Below are positions 18,148 to 26,777 of a DNA stretch of 64,000 nucleotides, one piece after another. Origin of the DNA: Minisyncoccota bacterium (GTDB taxonomy: Bacteria; Patescibacteriota; Minisyncoccia; UBA6257; UBA9933). The notes beneath the pieces were generated by a model. That model was not told the origin of the DNA and made no database searches. It saw only the letters and a list, made by a program, of their open reading frames with translations. Position numbers and translations under genes: made by a program. Where the stretch lies: the NCBI GenBank assembly GCA_041650415.1, contig JBAZLC010000003.1, positions 2,033 through 66,032 on the forward strand, in the 5' to 3' direction. Every line of letters begins with the position of its first letter. The stretch's first letter is position 1.

Positions 18148-19383
18148 ATGTTAGACGTTAATTTAATCCGCCAAAATCCGGAAATCGTCAAAGAGGGAAT
18201 AAAAAAGAAGAATTACCCCCCGTCTTTGGTTGATGAATTTTTGGCAGTAGACGAGGAATGGCGGAAATTAACCGAAGAGACGGACGGACTGCGCTCCCAA
18301 CAAAAAAAACTTTCCGAGGAAAGAAAAATAGAAGAGGCAAAATCTTTAAAGGGGAAAATCCAATCTTTGGAGGAAAGTTTGCGTTCCGTTGAAGAAAAAA
18401 GAAAGCAACTTTTAAATAAGTTTCCGAATCTTCCTTTTGAAGACGTTCCGGTGGGAAAAGACGATTCCGGAAACGTTGTTTTAAAAGTTGTCGGCGATTT
18501 GCCGAAGTGGGATTTTGCGCCGAAAGATTACATGGAACTCGGCCAGAATCTCGGTATCATCGATACTGAAACAGCTTCAAAAACGAGCGGCAGCCGATTT
18601 GGTTATCTTAAAGGCGGAGCGGCAATGCTGGAATTCGCTCTGATTAAACTGGCGATGGAAAAGGCGATGAATAAGGGTTTTGTCCCGGTTGTGCCACCGG
18701 TAATGATAAAAAGCGAAATGATGAAAGCGATGGGTTATGTCGATCGCCGCGAAGATCAGGACGAAACTTATTTTTTGGATAAAGACGATTTGTATTTGGT
18801 AGGCACTTCCGAGCAATCAATCGGGCCGATGCATAGCGGAGAAATTTTTGATGAAAAAGATTTGCCGAAAAGATACGTCGGTTTTTCAACCTGTTTCAGG
18901 CGTGAAGCCGGTTCATACGGAAAAGACACAAAAGGTATTTTAAGAGTCCATCAGTTCGATAAAATCGAGATGTTCAGTTTTTGCAATCCGGAAAACTCCA
19001 AAGAAGAGCACGAATTGATTTTAAGCATTGAAGAAGAGCTTATGCAGGCGCTTAAATTGCCGTATCACGTTTTGAGGATTTGCACTGGCGATTTGGGTTC
19101 TCCGGCAGCGGCGAAATACGACGTCGAAACCTGGGTTCCGAGCGAAAATAAATACCGCGAAACTCATTCAACTTCAAATTGCACGGACTTCCAGGCAAGA
19201 AGGCTGAATATACGCTATAAAGACAAACAGCAGGGGAATAAATTCATCCATACGCTTAACGGCACGGCTTTTGCCATCGGCAGAATGATTATTGCCATTA
19301 TCGAAAACTACCAGCAAAAAGACGGCTCAATCTTGGTTCCCGAAGTTTTGCGGGAATATGTGGGAGTGGATAGGATAAAATAA
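18148..19383 (+). CDS. serS: Serine--tRNA ligase
   Basis: GTSEQ, STCFRREAGSYGKDTKGILRVHQFDKIE, SNCTDFQARR, HTLNGT. Confidence 0.98.
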   Translation: MLDVNLIRQNPEIVKEGIKKKNYPPSLVDEFLAVDEEWRKLTEETDGLRSQQKKLSEERKIEEAKSLKGKIQSLEESLRSVEEKRKQLLNKFPNLPFEDVPVGKDDSGNVVLKVVGDLPKWDFAPKDYMELGQNLGIIDTETASKTSGSRFGYLKGGAAMLEFALIKLAMEKAMNKGFVPVVPPVMIKSEMMKAMGYVDRREDQDETYFLDKDDLYLVGTSEQSIGPMHSGEIFDEKDLPKRYVGFSTCFRREAGSYGKDTKGILRVHQFDKIEMFSFCNPENSKEEHELILSIEEELMQALKLPYHVLRICTGDLGSPAAAKYDVETWVPSENKYRETHSTSNCTDFQARRLNIRYKDKQQGNKFIHTLNGTAFAIGRMIIAIIENYQQKDGSILVPEVLREYVGVDRIK

Positions 19384-19401
19384 ACAACTTTAAAATTTAA
19401 A

Positions 19402-20244
19402 ATGACTCCCCATACCTATATCAATTTTGATAAAAAATATAAAAAGGAAGACCAAAAATTTAGGAAGTATAAAATTATCGCCGCAGTGGCGGGTTTTTTG
19501 ATTTTACTTGGCGGATTTTTTTATGCGGTTGTTTATTCACCCTTATTCCAAGTAATAAAGATTAACGTTGATAATCCGTTGGTTGACGGTGATTTTGCGA
19601 ATAATTTGAAAGATTTTTTCGTAAATCAGTCTAAATTCACCAAATTTCTTGGTCCGGATAATATTTTAATTTGGAATGGAAATAAATTGGAGAAATTTGA
19701 AAAAGATCCGGAGATCGCCGAGATAAGCCTTAAAAAAGATTACGCGGAAAGGACGATAGAGATTAACGTTAAATTACGGGAAAGATTCGGAGTGTGGTGC
19801 CAAAATAGCCAACAAGTGAATACCTCAAGCACCGAACAGCAAGTGGCAGAGTCTTGTTGGTGGTTTGATAAAGACGGCGTTCTTTTTGCAGCAGCGCCGG
19901 AACTTGAAGGAAATGCAATAAACAAGGTTGATGATTTTTCCGGCAGAGATTTGATGTTAGGTGGTTCGGCACTCGATGAAAGATTTATTTCTAATTTAAC
20001 CGGAATTTTCGGGGTTTTGGAAAAATCCGGTCTTGGCATACGGGCTTTAAAACTGGAAAATCTTGCTCTTCAGGAAATTGTTTTCGATCAGCCACAAACC
20101 TCTTTACCGAAAATATATTTTAGTTTGCGGGAAAATCCGGAATTTACTCTGGCGGCGATTAACGACTTAAAAAAAATCGGCCTGGAAAAAATAGCCTATA
20201 TCGATTTAAGAGTGGGGAATAGGGTGTACTACAAGCTTAGATAA
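19402..20244 (+). CDS. FtsQ/DivIB-like bitopic membrane protein
   Basis: One N-terminal TM then YSPLFQV; IEINVKLR..W; DKDG; C-terminal YIDLRVGNRVYYK. Confidence 0.7.
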   Translation: MTPHTYINFDKKYKKEDQKFRKYKIIAAVAGFLILLGGFFYAVVYSPLFQVIKINVDNPLVDGDFANNLKDFFVNQSKFTKFLGPDNILIWNGNKLEKFEKDPEIAEISLKKDYAERTIEINVKLRERFGVWCQNSQQVNTSSTEQQVAESCWWFDKDGVLFAAAPELEGNAINKVDDFSGRDLMLGGSALDERFISNLTGIFGVLEKSGLGIRALKLENLALQEIVFDQPQTSLPKIYFSLRENPEFTLAAINDLKKIGLEKIAYIDLRVGNRVYYKLR

Positions 20245-20310
20245 TTGGTGAATTGGTGAATTAGTTTTAAAACCAATTACCAAATTATCTAATTAACTAA
20301 TTATCCAATA
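20242..20310. repeat. Inverted arrangement of 8-nt repeats between convergent genes
   Basis: TAATTGGT GAATTGGT GAATTAGT ... ACCAATT ACCAAATT ATCTAATT AACTAATT ATCCAAT. Confidence 0.7.
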
Positions 20311-20313
20311 AGC

Positions 20314-21498
20314 TTACTTAGTCGCGTTATATATCGCCTGAATTTCGGCGGCTGAAAGCGCGCGGTTGTAAATGCGAACGTCGTCAATAAAGCCCGAAAA
20401 ATAGGCAGATGATGAATGTAGACATCCAGCATACCAATTTAAAAAAGTGGCCGAAAAAGGCGTTGTATGATTTCCTGAATTAACCTGAACGCCATTTAGA
20501 AAAACATATAATTTTTGCGAATCGCCCTTGCCAACAATATAATTCCATTGATTAGGAATAACAGTTCCTCCGGTTATAGCTCCTGTTTGTGCTCTGGTTA
20601 AAATAATCGCTCCTGAATTTACACCCAAATAATCATCTTTAAGGGCTTGTCGTCCAATTGCCGCTCCACTTGTAACAGATGTTGGATATATCCAGACAGA
20701 CCACGTAAAATTATATGTGTTTGAAAGTGGTATTGGTTCTCTATTTGTGCCAACTCTTTGAGTTGTTCCGTTAAAACTTAGCGCATAACTTCCGACTTTG
20801 CCTGTTGTATATGCAGGCCCATTCGTAAGAGTCCCATTATTTCCATTCCCACTCGAATCATATGCGGTAGTTCCGGAACCTTCATCAAACTTCCAATAGC
20901 CTACAAGTCCCATATCTCTCAATCCGGGAGTAAGAGACACATTAGTGCCGATAGAATAGACTCCGGGATAAGCATCGCCGTCTTTTATCGCAATATCTTG
21001 GTATTTAGTAGTTTCAAATAAAGCGGTTAAGCTCCAAGAGCCTCCCGTGACATATGTATAGTAATTTCCGGTACTTGTGGTATTTATAGGGTCTGCAGGC
21101 AAAGAACTCAAAGGATTGGTAAATGAAATATCGGAGAAATGAACCGGTATCCATCCCGTGCCATCGGTTTTTCTGTAGTTTGTTGAGTTGGAACAAGCAT
21201 AACTCCAGCCTGTAGGTAGAATAGGAAGTCCTAAATTGGCGCAGGTAGCCGAAGAATCGGGAATAGAGACGTATACTGTGTTTATAGAACCTATACTTGT
21301 GCCTCCATCGGCTTGATACAATCCTATAGCGCTATGAATTGTCTGCAGGTCCGACATTCTTGTTGAATCTCTGGCTGATCTCATCTGTTCTGCCGGATTT
21401 ATCGTTATTACCACTACTGCGGACAATATGGCTAAGACTGCGATGACTATGACAAGTTCAATTAATGTGAAGGAGTTAGGCCTGCTAATATTTCTCAT
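20314..21498 (-). CDS. Type IV pilin-like N-terminus fused to LamG/concanavalin A-like domain
   Basis: SFTLIELVIVIAVLAILS N-methylation motif; GLVGYWKFDEGSG..DSSGNGNNG; FSGFIDDVRIYNRALS. Confidence 0.9.
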   Translation of the reverse strand: MRNISRPNSFTLIELVIVIAVLAILSAVVVITINPAEQMRSARDSTRMSDLQTIHSAIGLYQADGGTSIGSINTVYVSIPDSSATCANLGLPILPTGWSYACSNSTNYRKTDGTGWIPVHFSDISFTNPLSSLPADPINTTSTGNYYTYVTGGSWSLTALFETTKYQDIAIKDGDAYPGVYSIGTNVSLTPGLRDMGLVGYWKFDEGSGTTAYDSSGNGNNGTLTNGPAYTTGKVGSYALSFNGTTQRVGTNREPIPLSNTYNFTWSVWIYPTSVTSGAAIGRQALKDDYLGVNSGAIILTRAQTGAITGGTVIPNQWNYIVGKGDSQKLYVFLNGVQVNSGNHTTPFSATFLNWYAGCLHSSSAYFSGFIDDVRIYNRALSAAEIQAIYNATK

Positions 21499-21501
21499 TG
21501 C

Positions 21502-23382
21502 TTACAATTTATAAATAAATATCGAAGTTCCCGCTTTATAGTCGGGTTGATAAGGATTTTTAATTTTTTGGAGCCATTGATATTCGTCTTCCGGATTTCG
21601 CTGCTGGCCTGGAACGAGTTTGCCTAAATTATTTTGGAGATTATTTATTGAAACCGCGAGCCAATGAATGCCGACATCGGCCGGATTGCCCTTGGAAGAT
21701 CTCCAATCTTCAAATTTATCATCTAAATAATAACTCGGGCTTCCTCCGCCAAAATATTCAACCGCGATTTTATCTACTTCTTGCGCCGCGACAAAATTTT
21801 TGAGTTTAATCAAATCTTGTCCCCAGTCGTAGTTTGAATCGGTTACGTATTGATAACCGTTTTTAGTTCCGCCGCCTAATTCGTTAAAGAATGAAAGAAA
21901 ATTTGGAGCGACAAGCAAAGTTTCGGCAAAATACCAAATGACGATCGCGCCGACAAAAACTCCTTTAATGGAAATTTTCAAAATATCGTTTTTAAAACTT
22001 TTAATTTTCGATTCAAAGCCTTCTCTTTGGTTTGAGCTGCCGTTATTAAACCATCTTTTGATTCCCGACGCGGCCAAAATGTAAATAAAAGGCAGAGTTG
22101 GAAGAATATGCCGGACGCCGATATTTAACGGGCTTTTCATGCTATAAGCCCAATAAAATATTACAAAAAATATCATTGAGAACTCGGCAAAATGCGTGCT
22201 TAGATAATTCAAAAAATTAATTTTGATACTTGATACTTGATACTTGATACTTTTGAAAATGTGCCAAATAGACACTATAAACGACAGAGCTATTAAAATT
22301 AATGAAGCGATTTGCTCTTTTAGCGCGAAAACAACGGGGAAGTAATACCACCAGCCTGCGGCTGAAACTTCGCCTAAGAAATAAGACGTGTTTCCTCCCG
22401 ATGAGCGTTGAAACACCATCAAAACTCCAAGTATGTATTCTCCAAGCGGCCGCAGAATTTTATTCCCCGCCATCATAATATTTAAATCGGCTATACATCT
22501 TATTCCTTTGCAGTTTTGTAACCCCCCGTCATTTCCGCCGGCGAAAGAAGTAAGTGTGAATTGGGTGTCTAAAATTTGTTTTTCAATGGGGTAATTCATG
22601 GTAAAGAGGAAATAAACGCCATAAACCAAAACATAGCCGATTATGAAAATAACTCCGGTCGCGAAAATATATTTCAACAGAGAAATGAATTTTTTCTCGC
22701 GCAAGACGAAAAGCGAAAAAATTATAATTAGAATTCCGAAAAAGGGGACGAGCAGAACGGCGGAAAATTTCATAAGTTGGGCGATGCCAAAAGCTATTCC
22801 CGCCCAAACAAAATTCTTTTTATTCGTGTTTAAGAGAAATTTTACAAAATAATAAGTCGCCGCGAATATTCCCAGTGCCGCGCCCAAATCGGTCGTTACA
22901 TAGTGACCGTGAGCCAGAACCGTGGGCGACATGGCGAAAAGAAAAGTCGGTAAAAGCGCCCACCAGCGGCCGATCAATTCCTTGGACCAGATAAAAATAA
23001 ATAGTATTAAAATAAGCGTTAATAATATTGGTCCAAAACGGGAAGTTTGGACTATTTGGTCGGCGTTATTGTCTGATTCGTAAAGGAATTGCGTTCCGGC
23101 CGCCCACTGGCCGTTAACATCGCTTTGCCACGCGGATTTATCGGTTGGGAAATTGAGATTTTCAAAAAGTAGCGGCAGAGCGGCTATGACTTTAATCAGT
23201 GGGGGATGCTCGGGGTTCAAACGGTAATCAAAATATTTTACATAACCGTAGCCTGCCGGAATATGCGCGAGTTCGTCCATAATCGCGGATTCTTGGCTTG
23301 AAGAATAAAGCATTAAACTGAAAGAAGACGCTATAATCAGAAAAGTAAAAGCCCATGGGAAAATTTTATTAATATTTATCAT
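21502..23382 (-). CDS. GT-C fold membrane glycosyltransferase (ArnT/PMT, GT39/83-like)
   Basis: MDELAHIPAG, EHPPLIK, HGHYVTTD, KFSA, DSNYDWGQD; many TM segments. Confidence 0.85.
   Translation of the reverse strand: MININKIFPWAFTFLIIASSFSLMLYSSSQESAIMDELAHIPAGYGYVKYFDYRLNPEHPPLIKVIAALPLLFENLNFPTDKSAWQSDVNGQWAAGTQFLYESDNNADQIVQTSRFGPILLTLILILFIFIWSKELIGRWWALLPTFLFAMSPTVLAHGHYVTTDLGAALGIFAATYYFVKFLLNTNKKNFVWAGIAFGIAQLMKFSAVLLVPFFGILIIIFSLFVLREKKFISLLKYIFATGVIFIIGYVLVYGVYFLFTMNYPIEKQILDTQFTLTSFAGGNDGGLQNCKGIRCIADLNIMMAGNKILRPLGEYILGVLMVFQRSSGGNTSYFLGEVSAAGWWYYFPVVFALKEQIASLILIALSFIVSIWHIFKSIKYQVSSIKINFLNYLSTHFAEFSMIFFVIFYWAYSMKSPLNIGVRHILPTLPFIYILAASGIKRWFNNGSSNQREGFESKIKSFKNDILKISIKGVFVGAIVIWYFAETLLVAPNFLSFFNELGGGTKNGYQYVTDSNYDWGQDLIKLKNFVAAQEVDKIAVEYFGGGSPSYYLDDKFEDWRSSKGNPADVGIHWLAVSINNLQNNLGKLVPGQQRNPEDEYQWLQKIKNPYQPDYKAGTSIFIYKL
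22223..22250. repeat. Intragenic perfect heptamer tract (TTGATAC)x4
   Basis: Read directly; encodes SIKYQVSSIK on the minus strand. Confidence 0.9.
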
Positions 23383-23571
23383 AAGGTCGCAAATTAATTA
23401 ATATTTTTATTTAATAAATCAAATTTCAATAAAATTCTATAAAAATTCTTTTAAAAAGTTATTAACATTTTAAGTATAACAAATTTGTTGTAAAATTAGA
23501 ATATAGGTAAGTTGATAAGTTAAAAATTAAATTAATCTTAAAGGTCGAAAAATTAATTAATAAAAAATAAA

Positions 23572-23691
23572 ATGGTTAAGAAAAAAGTAAAAAAAGCGTC
23601 AAAAAAAGTGAAGAAGGTAGCAAGAAAACCTTCTAAAAAGAAAGTGACCAAGAAAACAAAAAGGGCGGCTAAGAAAAAGAGCCGCAGATAA
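23572..23691 (+). CDS. 39-aa extremely basic (histone-H1/protamine-like) microprotein, below the ORF-track cutoff
   Basis: MVKKKVKKASKKVKKVARKPSKKKVTKKTKRAAKKKSRR*; TAATG coupling to next gene; AAGGTCG motif upstream. Confidence 0.75.
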   Translation: MVKKKVKKASKKVKKVARKPSKKKVTKKTKRAAKKKSRR

Positions 23692-23996
23692 TGTATTTAA
23701 ACCCGCTTTGGACCAAGCATTCGGAGGCTAAGATGAGATTTCATGGCTTATCTAAGCAAAGGGTAAGGCGGGTTTTAAATTCTCCAAAAAGAATTGAAAC
23801 CGGCATAGCGCCGAATACGGTCGCGATGATGCAGGTTGCCGGAAGTAAAAAACACCCACATGAAATATGGGTGATGTTGCAAAAAAAGGCTAAGCAGACA
23901 AAAATAATTTCCGCCTGGCGGTATCCCGGGACAACCAAGCCCGGAGAACCATTGCCGGCGGAAATTATTTCGGAGATGGAGGAATCTTTACTTTAA
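23691..23996 (+). CDS. Hypothetical protein, possibly RelE/DUF4258-like fold
   Basis: WTKHSEAKMR..GLSKQRVRRVL..P and KIISAWRY pattern. Confidence 0.7.
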   Translation: MYLNPLWTKHSEAKMRFHGLSKQRVRRVLNSPKRIETGIAPNTVAMMQVAGSKKHPHEIWVMLQKKAKQTKIISAWRYPGTTKPGEPLPAEIISEMEESLL

Positions 23997-24167
23997 GTCG
24001 TAGCGTCTGGTGGGGTCTTCAAGATTTGCCTTTCTTTCATCTATTGCTTCTTTTTTGGTCATAACAACTCCATCGGGACCGATTTGAAAATCTCTTTTTT
24101 CTTCAGCCGGCGCCGCTTGTTGTCCTGCTTCGGGTTTTTCTCCTTTACTAAATATTTCTTTAAACAT
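23988..24167 (-). CDS. 59-aa hypothetical microprotein, below the ORF-track cutoff
   Basis: MFKEIFSKGEKPEAGQQAAPAEEKRDFQIGPDGVVMTKKEAIDERKANLEDPTRRYDLK*; host-like codons; AAGGTCG 28 nt upstream. Confidence 0.7.
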   Translation of the reverse strand: MFKEIFSKGEKPEAGQQAAPAEEKRDFQIGPDGVVMTKKEAIDERKANLEDPTRRYDLK

Positions 24168-24235
24168 TTTTATAATTAAAATCTAATTTGTCTTGCGACC
24201 TTGATTTATAATTGACATAATAATACCATAAAACC

Positions 24236-25249
24236 ATGAAACTTTCAATAGGGATAGTGGGTTTGCCGAACGTCGGTAAATCCTTGCTTTTTAAAACACT
24301 TACAAAACAGGAAATAAACGTCGCCAATTATCCTTTTGCTACCATAGACCCGAACGTGGGTGTGGTTGCGGTTCCCGATGAGCGGCTGGATAAACTGACA
24401 AAACTCAGTAAATCAAAGAAAACCATTCCGGCAGTGGTTGAATTTTACGATATCGCCGGATTAGTTAGGGGCGCTTACAAAGGCGAAGGGCTTGGGAATC
24501 AATTTCTTTCGCACATCCGCGATGTTGCCGCGATTGTCGAAGTCGTGCGATGTTTTGAATCTGCGGAAATAATTCACGTTGAAGAAAAAGTTAATCCGAT
24601 AAGGGATTTAGAAACGATAAACGCCGAACTGATTTTTAAAGATTTGGACGGCGTTGAAAAACGGCTTGCTAAACTTGAAGGCGAGGCAAGAAGTGGAGAC
24701 AAACAAAAAGCCAAAGATTTTGAGATTTTGAAAAAAATTCGTGAAGAATTAAACAACGGAAATTTGCTTTTTAAACTGGATAAAGAATTGCTTAACGAGC
24801 CGATAGTAAAAGAAATGAATTTATTGGCCGCCAAGCCGCAGATATATTTATTAAACGGCGCGCCCGAAGACGTAAGCGATGAACTTAAAGCGCGGATAAA
24901 ATCTTTGGGAGCGGATTATTTAATAATTAATCTGGCGGAAGCGGATTCAGACAGTATAAATAAACTGATTCAAAAAGCGTATGAAATACTGGATTTGATA
25001 AGTTTTTTGACTACCGGAGAAGACGAGACTCGCGCCTGGACAATCAGAAGGGGAGCAAAAGCTCCGGAAGCGGCCGGTGAAATTCATACCGATTTTGAGA
25101 AAAAATTCATTCGCGCCGAGACCGTAAATTGGCAAAAACTTATTGAGGCCGGTTCATGGACCGCGGCTAAACAAAAAGGCTGGCTAAGATTGGAAGGCAA
25201 AGACTATGTCGTTCAAGATGGAGACGTGCTTGAAATCCGGCACGGATAA
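24236..25249 (+). CDS. ychF: Ribosome-binding ATPase YchF
   Basis: GIVGLPNVGKS, ANYPFATIDPN, GEGLGNQFL, IHTDFEKKFIRAE, EGKDYVVQDGD. Confidence 0.96.
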   Translation: MKLSIGIVGLPNVGKSLLFKTLTKQEINVANYPFATIDPNVGVVAVPDERLDKLTKLSKSKKTIPAVVEFYDIAGLVRGAYKGEGLGNQFLSHIRDVAAIVEVVRCFESAEIIHVEEKVNPIRDLETINAELIFKDLDGVEKRLAKLEGEARSGDKQKAKDFEILKKIREELNNGNLLFKLDKELLNEPIVKEMNLLAAKPQIYLLNGAPEDVSDELKARIKSLGADYLIINLAEADSDSINKLIQKAYEILDLISFLTTGEDETRAWTIRRGAKAPEAAGEIHTDFEKKFIRAETVNWQKLIEAGSWTAAKQKGWLRLEGKDYVVQDGDVLEIRHG

Positions 25250-25257
25250 GATTTTAG

Positions 25258-25356
25258 TCGCATATTATTTCCTCATTAAGGTGCTATGACGCGTCATAGT
25301 GCTATGCTATAGCATAGCACTTGAAAAATGGCACCTTTTATCTCTTAATGGAGAAT
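25258..25356. repeat. Compound palindromic element
   Basis: Perfect palindromes CTATGACGCGTCATAG (25284-25299) and GTGCTATGCTATAGCATAGCAC (25299-25320), inside CATTAAG/CTTAATG arms. Confidence 0.8.
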
Positions 25357-25365
25357 TTATTTATA

Positions 25366-26004
25366 CTATTCCGAAATAAGTTTATAGCTTTTAGGAAAGA
25401 GTTTTTTTGAAATCTCAAAAATAGAATAAGTTATGAAAAACGCAGCGGCGACATCAATGGAATAGTGGTAATGGCCGAGCAGAACCAGTATGCCGAAAAT
25501 GATTGAAATCGCGATAAAGGTTATTCTTAGGCGGAATTGTTTCCAAAAAATCAGCGCCATTAAAAACGGCATTCCCGTGTGTCCCGAAAAGAAAAGGTCT
25601 CCACCGAAAAATACTTTGCCGATAAGCCGGCTGTCCGGAAGTGGAGCGAGTTCGGGATACAAGCCGATATGAGTAAGTGTGATAAAAATAGAACGGATTA
25701 AAATAAATAAAGCGATTGACTTAAGAGTAAAAGGAAAATATTTAGGTTCACAAAGAAGAACAATAAAGCCGAAAATAAAAATCGTTACGCCGCCATAAAC
25801 GAATAAATCGCCGACATTCATAACGGGGATATTATCTAAAATAAGGTCGGCTACTCCATTGCTGGCTTTTCTGGTGGCGAAAACGCTCGCGCCGTAGTTT
25901 ATAAAAAAACTTGTGATTAAAAAAATTGCGCCGAAGGCGGTTGAGTTAATAAATTCTTTTTGTGTCCACTGATTTTTATGTTTGGCAATTAAATCACGAA
26001 TCAT
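25366..26004 (-). CDS. PAP2-superfamily membrane protein, sphingomyelin/IPC-synthase-like
   Basis: GDLFFSGHT and HYHYSIDV motifs; about 6 TM segments. Confidence 0.8.
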   Translation of the reverse strand: MIRDLIAKHKNQWTQKEFINSTAFGAIFLITSFFINYGASVFATRKASNGVADLILDNIPVMNVGDLFVYGGVTIFIFGFIVLLCEPKYFPFTLKSIALFILIRSIFITLTHIGLYPELAPLPDSRLIGKVFFGGDLFFSGHTGMPFLMALIFWKQFRLRITFIAISIIFGILVLLGHYHYSIDVAAAFFITYSIFEISKKLFPKSYKLISE

Positions 26005-26122
26005 AGTTTAAATAATACAAATTTTTTCGGCTTAAATCAAGTTTGACAAATAGGGGATTTTGTTTTAATATAGCTGGAAAAGCAGTTCACTAAAAAATCC
26101 ATACAGGAAGGAGATTTAGACA

Positions 26123-26719
26123 ATGGAAGGTATCTATGAGTTTTTGTATTGGTGCCCAATGTGGGCGGTTGCGGGCGCGTTGTATTTCTTGGTTATCGGC
26201 ATCCTTTTTATTATCCGTGACTGGCAGGAAGGGTTGCCGTATAACATTTCCGTGGCGTCGCAGCAGGGTGATTTAGCTCTGATTGTGGCGATTCTCATCG
26301 GCGTGGAAATCCTGAAACGGCAACAATCGTTGCCGGAGTGGATGGGGACAAATTTTCAATTCATACTTTTCGCGGTGAGCGTTTCATTTGGTCTTTTATA
26401 CCAACTCGTCGTTTTTTTTCTCGGCAATAAGTGGGGGACGGCTGCGGACGCTTTTCATAACATGTTCATCGCGCCGTTGCTCCTGTTTATGCTGGTTACC
26501 ACAGTCCCAGTCACCGTGCTCTATGGCGTATGGTTTGAAAAAACATGTGTCATTTTTTGTCTACTTGTGTGGCTTTTGACCTTACTCTTTGATATCATAG
26601 ACGGTCGCCTTCAGCAACCGGAGTGGCACGCGGACCATGGTATCGACTTGCCGCTTTGTCGTGTGCGGCGACGAGACCGGTTAGGCGCCTTATTGGGAGT
26701 GCCAAAGAATATTCCTTAG
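26123..26719 (+). CDS. Hypothetical multi-pass membrane protein (stand-alone cassette)
   Basis: Own TTGACA-17-TAATAT promoter (26043-26071), SD AGGAG, terminator downstream; 5-6 hydrophobic segments. Confidence 0.75.
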   Translation: MEGIYEFLYWCPMWAVAGALYFLVIGILFIIRDWQEGLPYNISVASQQGDLALIVAILIGVEILKRQQSLPEWMGTNFQFILFAVSVSFGLLYQLVVFFLGNKWGTAADAFHNMFIAPLLLFMLVTTVPVTVLYGVWFEKTCVIFCLLVWLLTLLFDIIDGRLQQPEWHADHGIDLPLCRVRRRDRLGALLGVPKNIP

Positions 26720-26747
26720 ACTTACATATCGCATGCAGTCAATACGC

Positions 26748-26777
26748 CCGCCTTTTCTTCGGAAAAGGCGGTTTTTT
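26748..26777 (+). terminator. Intrinsic terminator
   Basis: CCGCCTTTTC-TTCG-GAAAAGGCGG-TTTTTTT. Confidence 0.85.

Noticed and set aside
20314-21498. Diversity-generating retroelement target
   Set aside because: No template repeat copy or reverse transcriptase is visible in the window.
23383-24202. Invertible segment bounded by 10-bp inverted repeats
   Set aside because: The repeats are short, coincide with the recurrent AAGGTCG motif, and no invertase is nearby.
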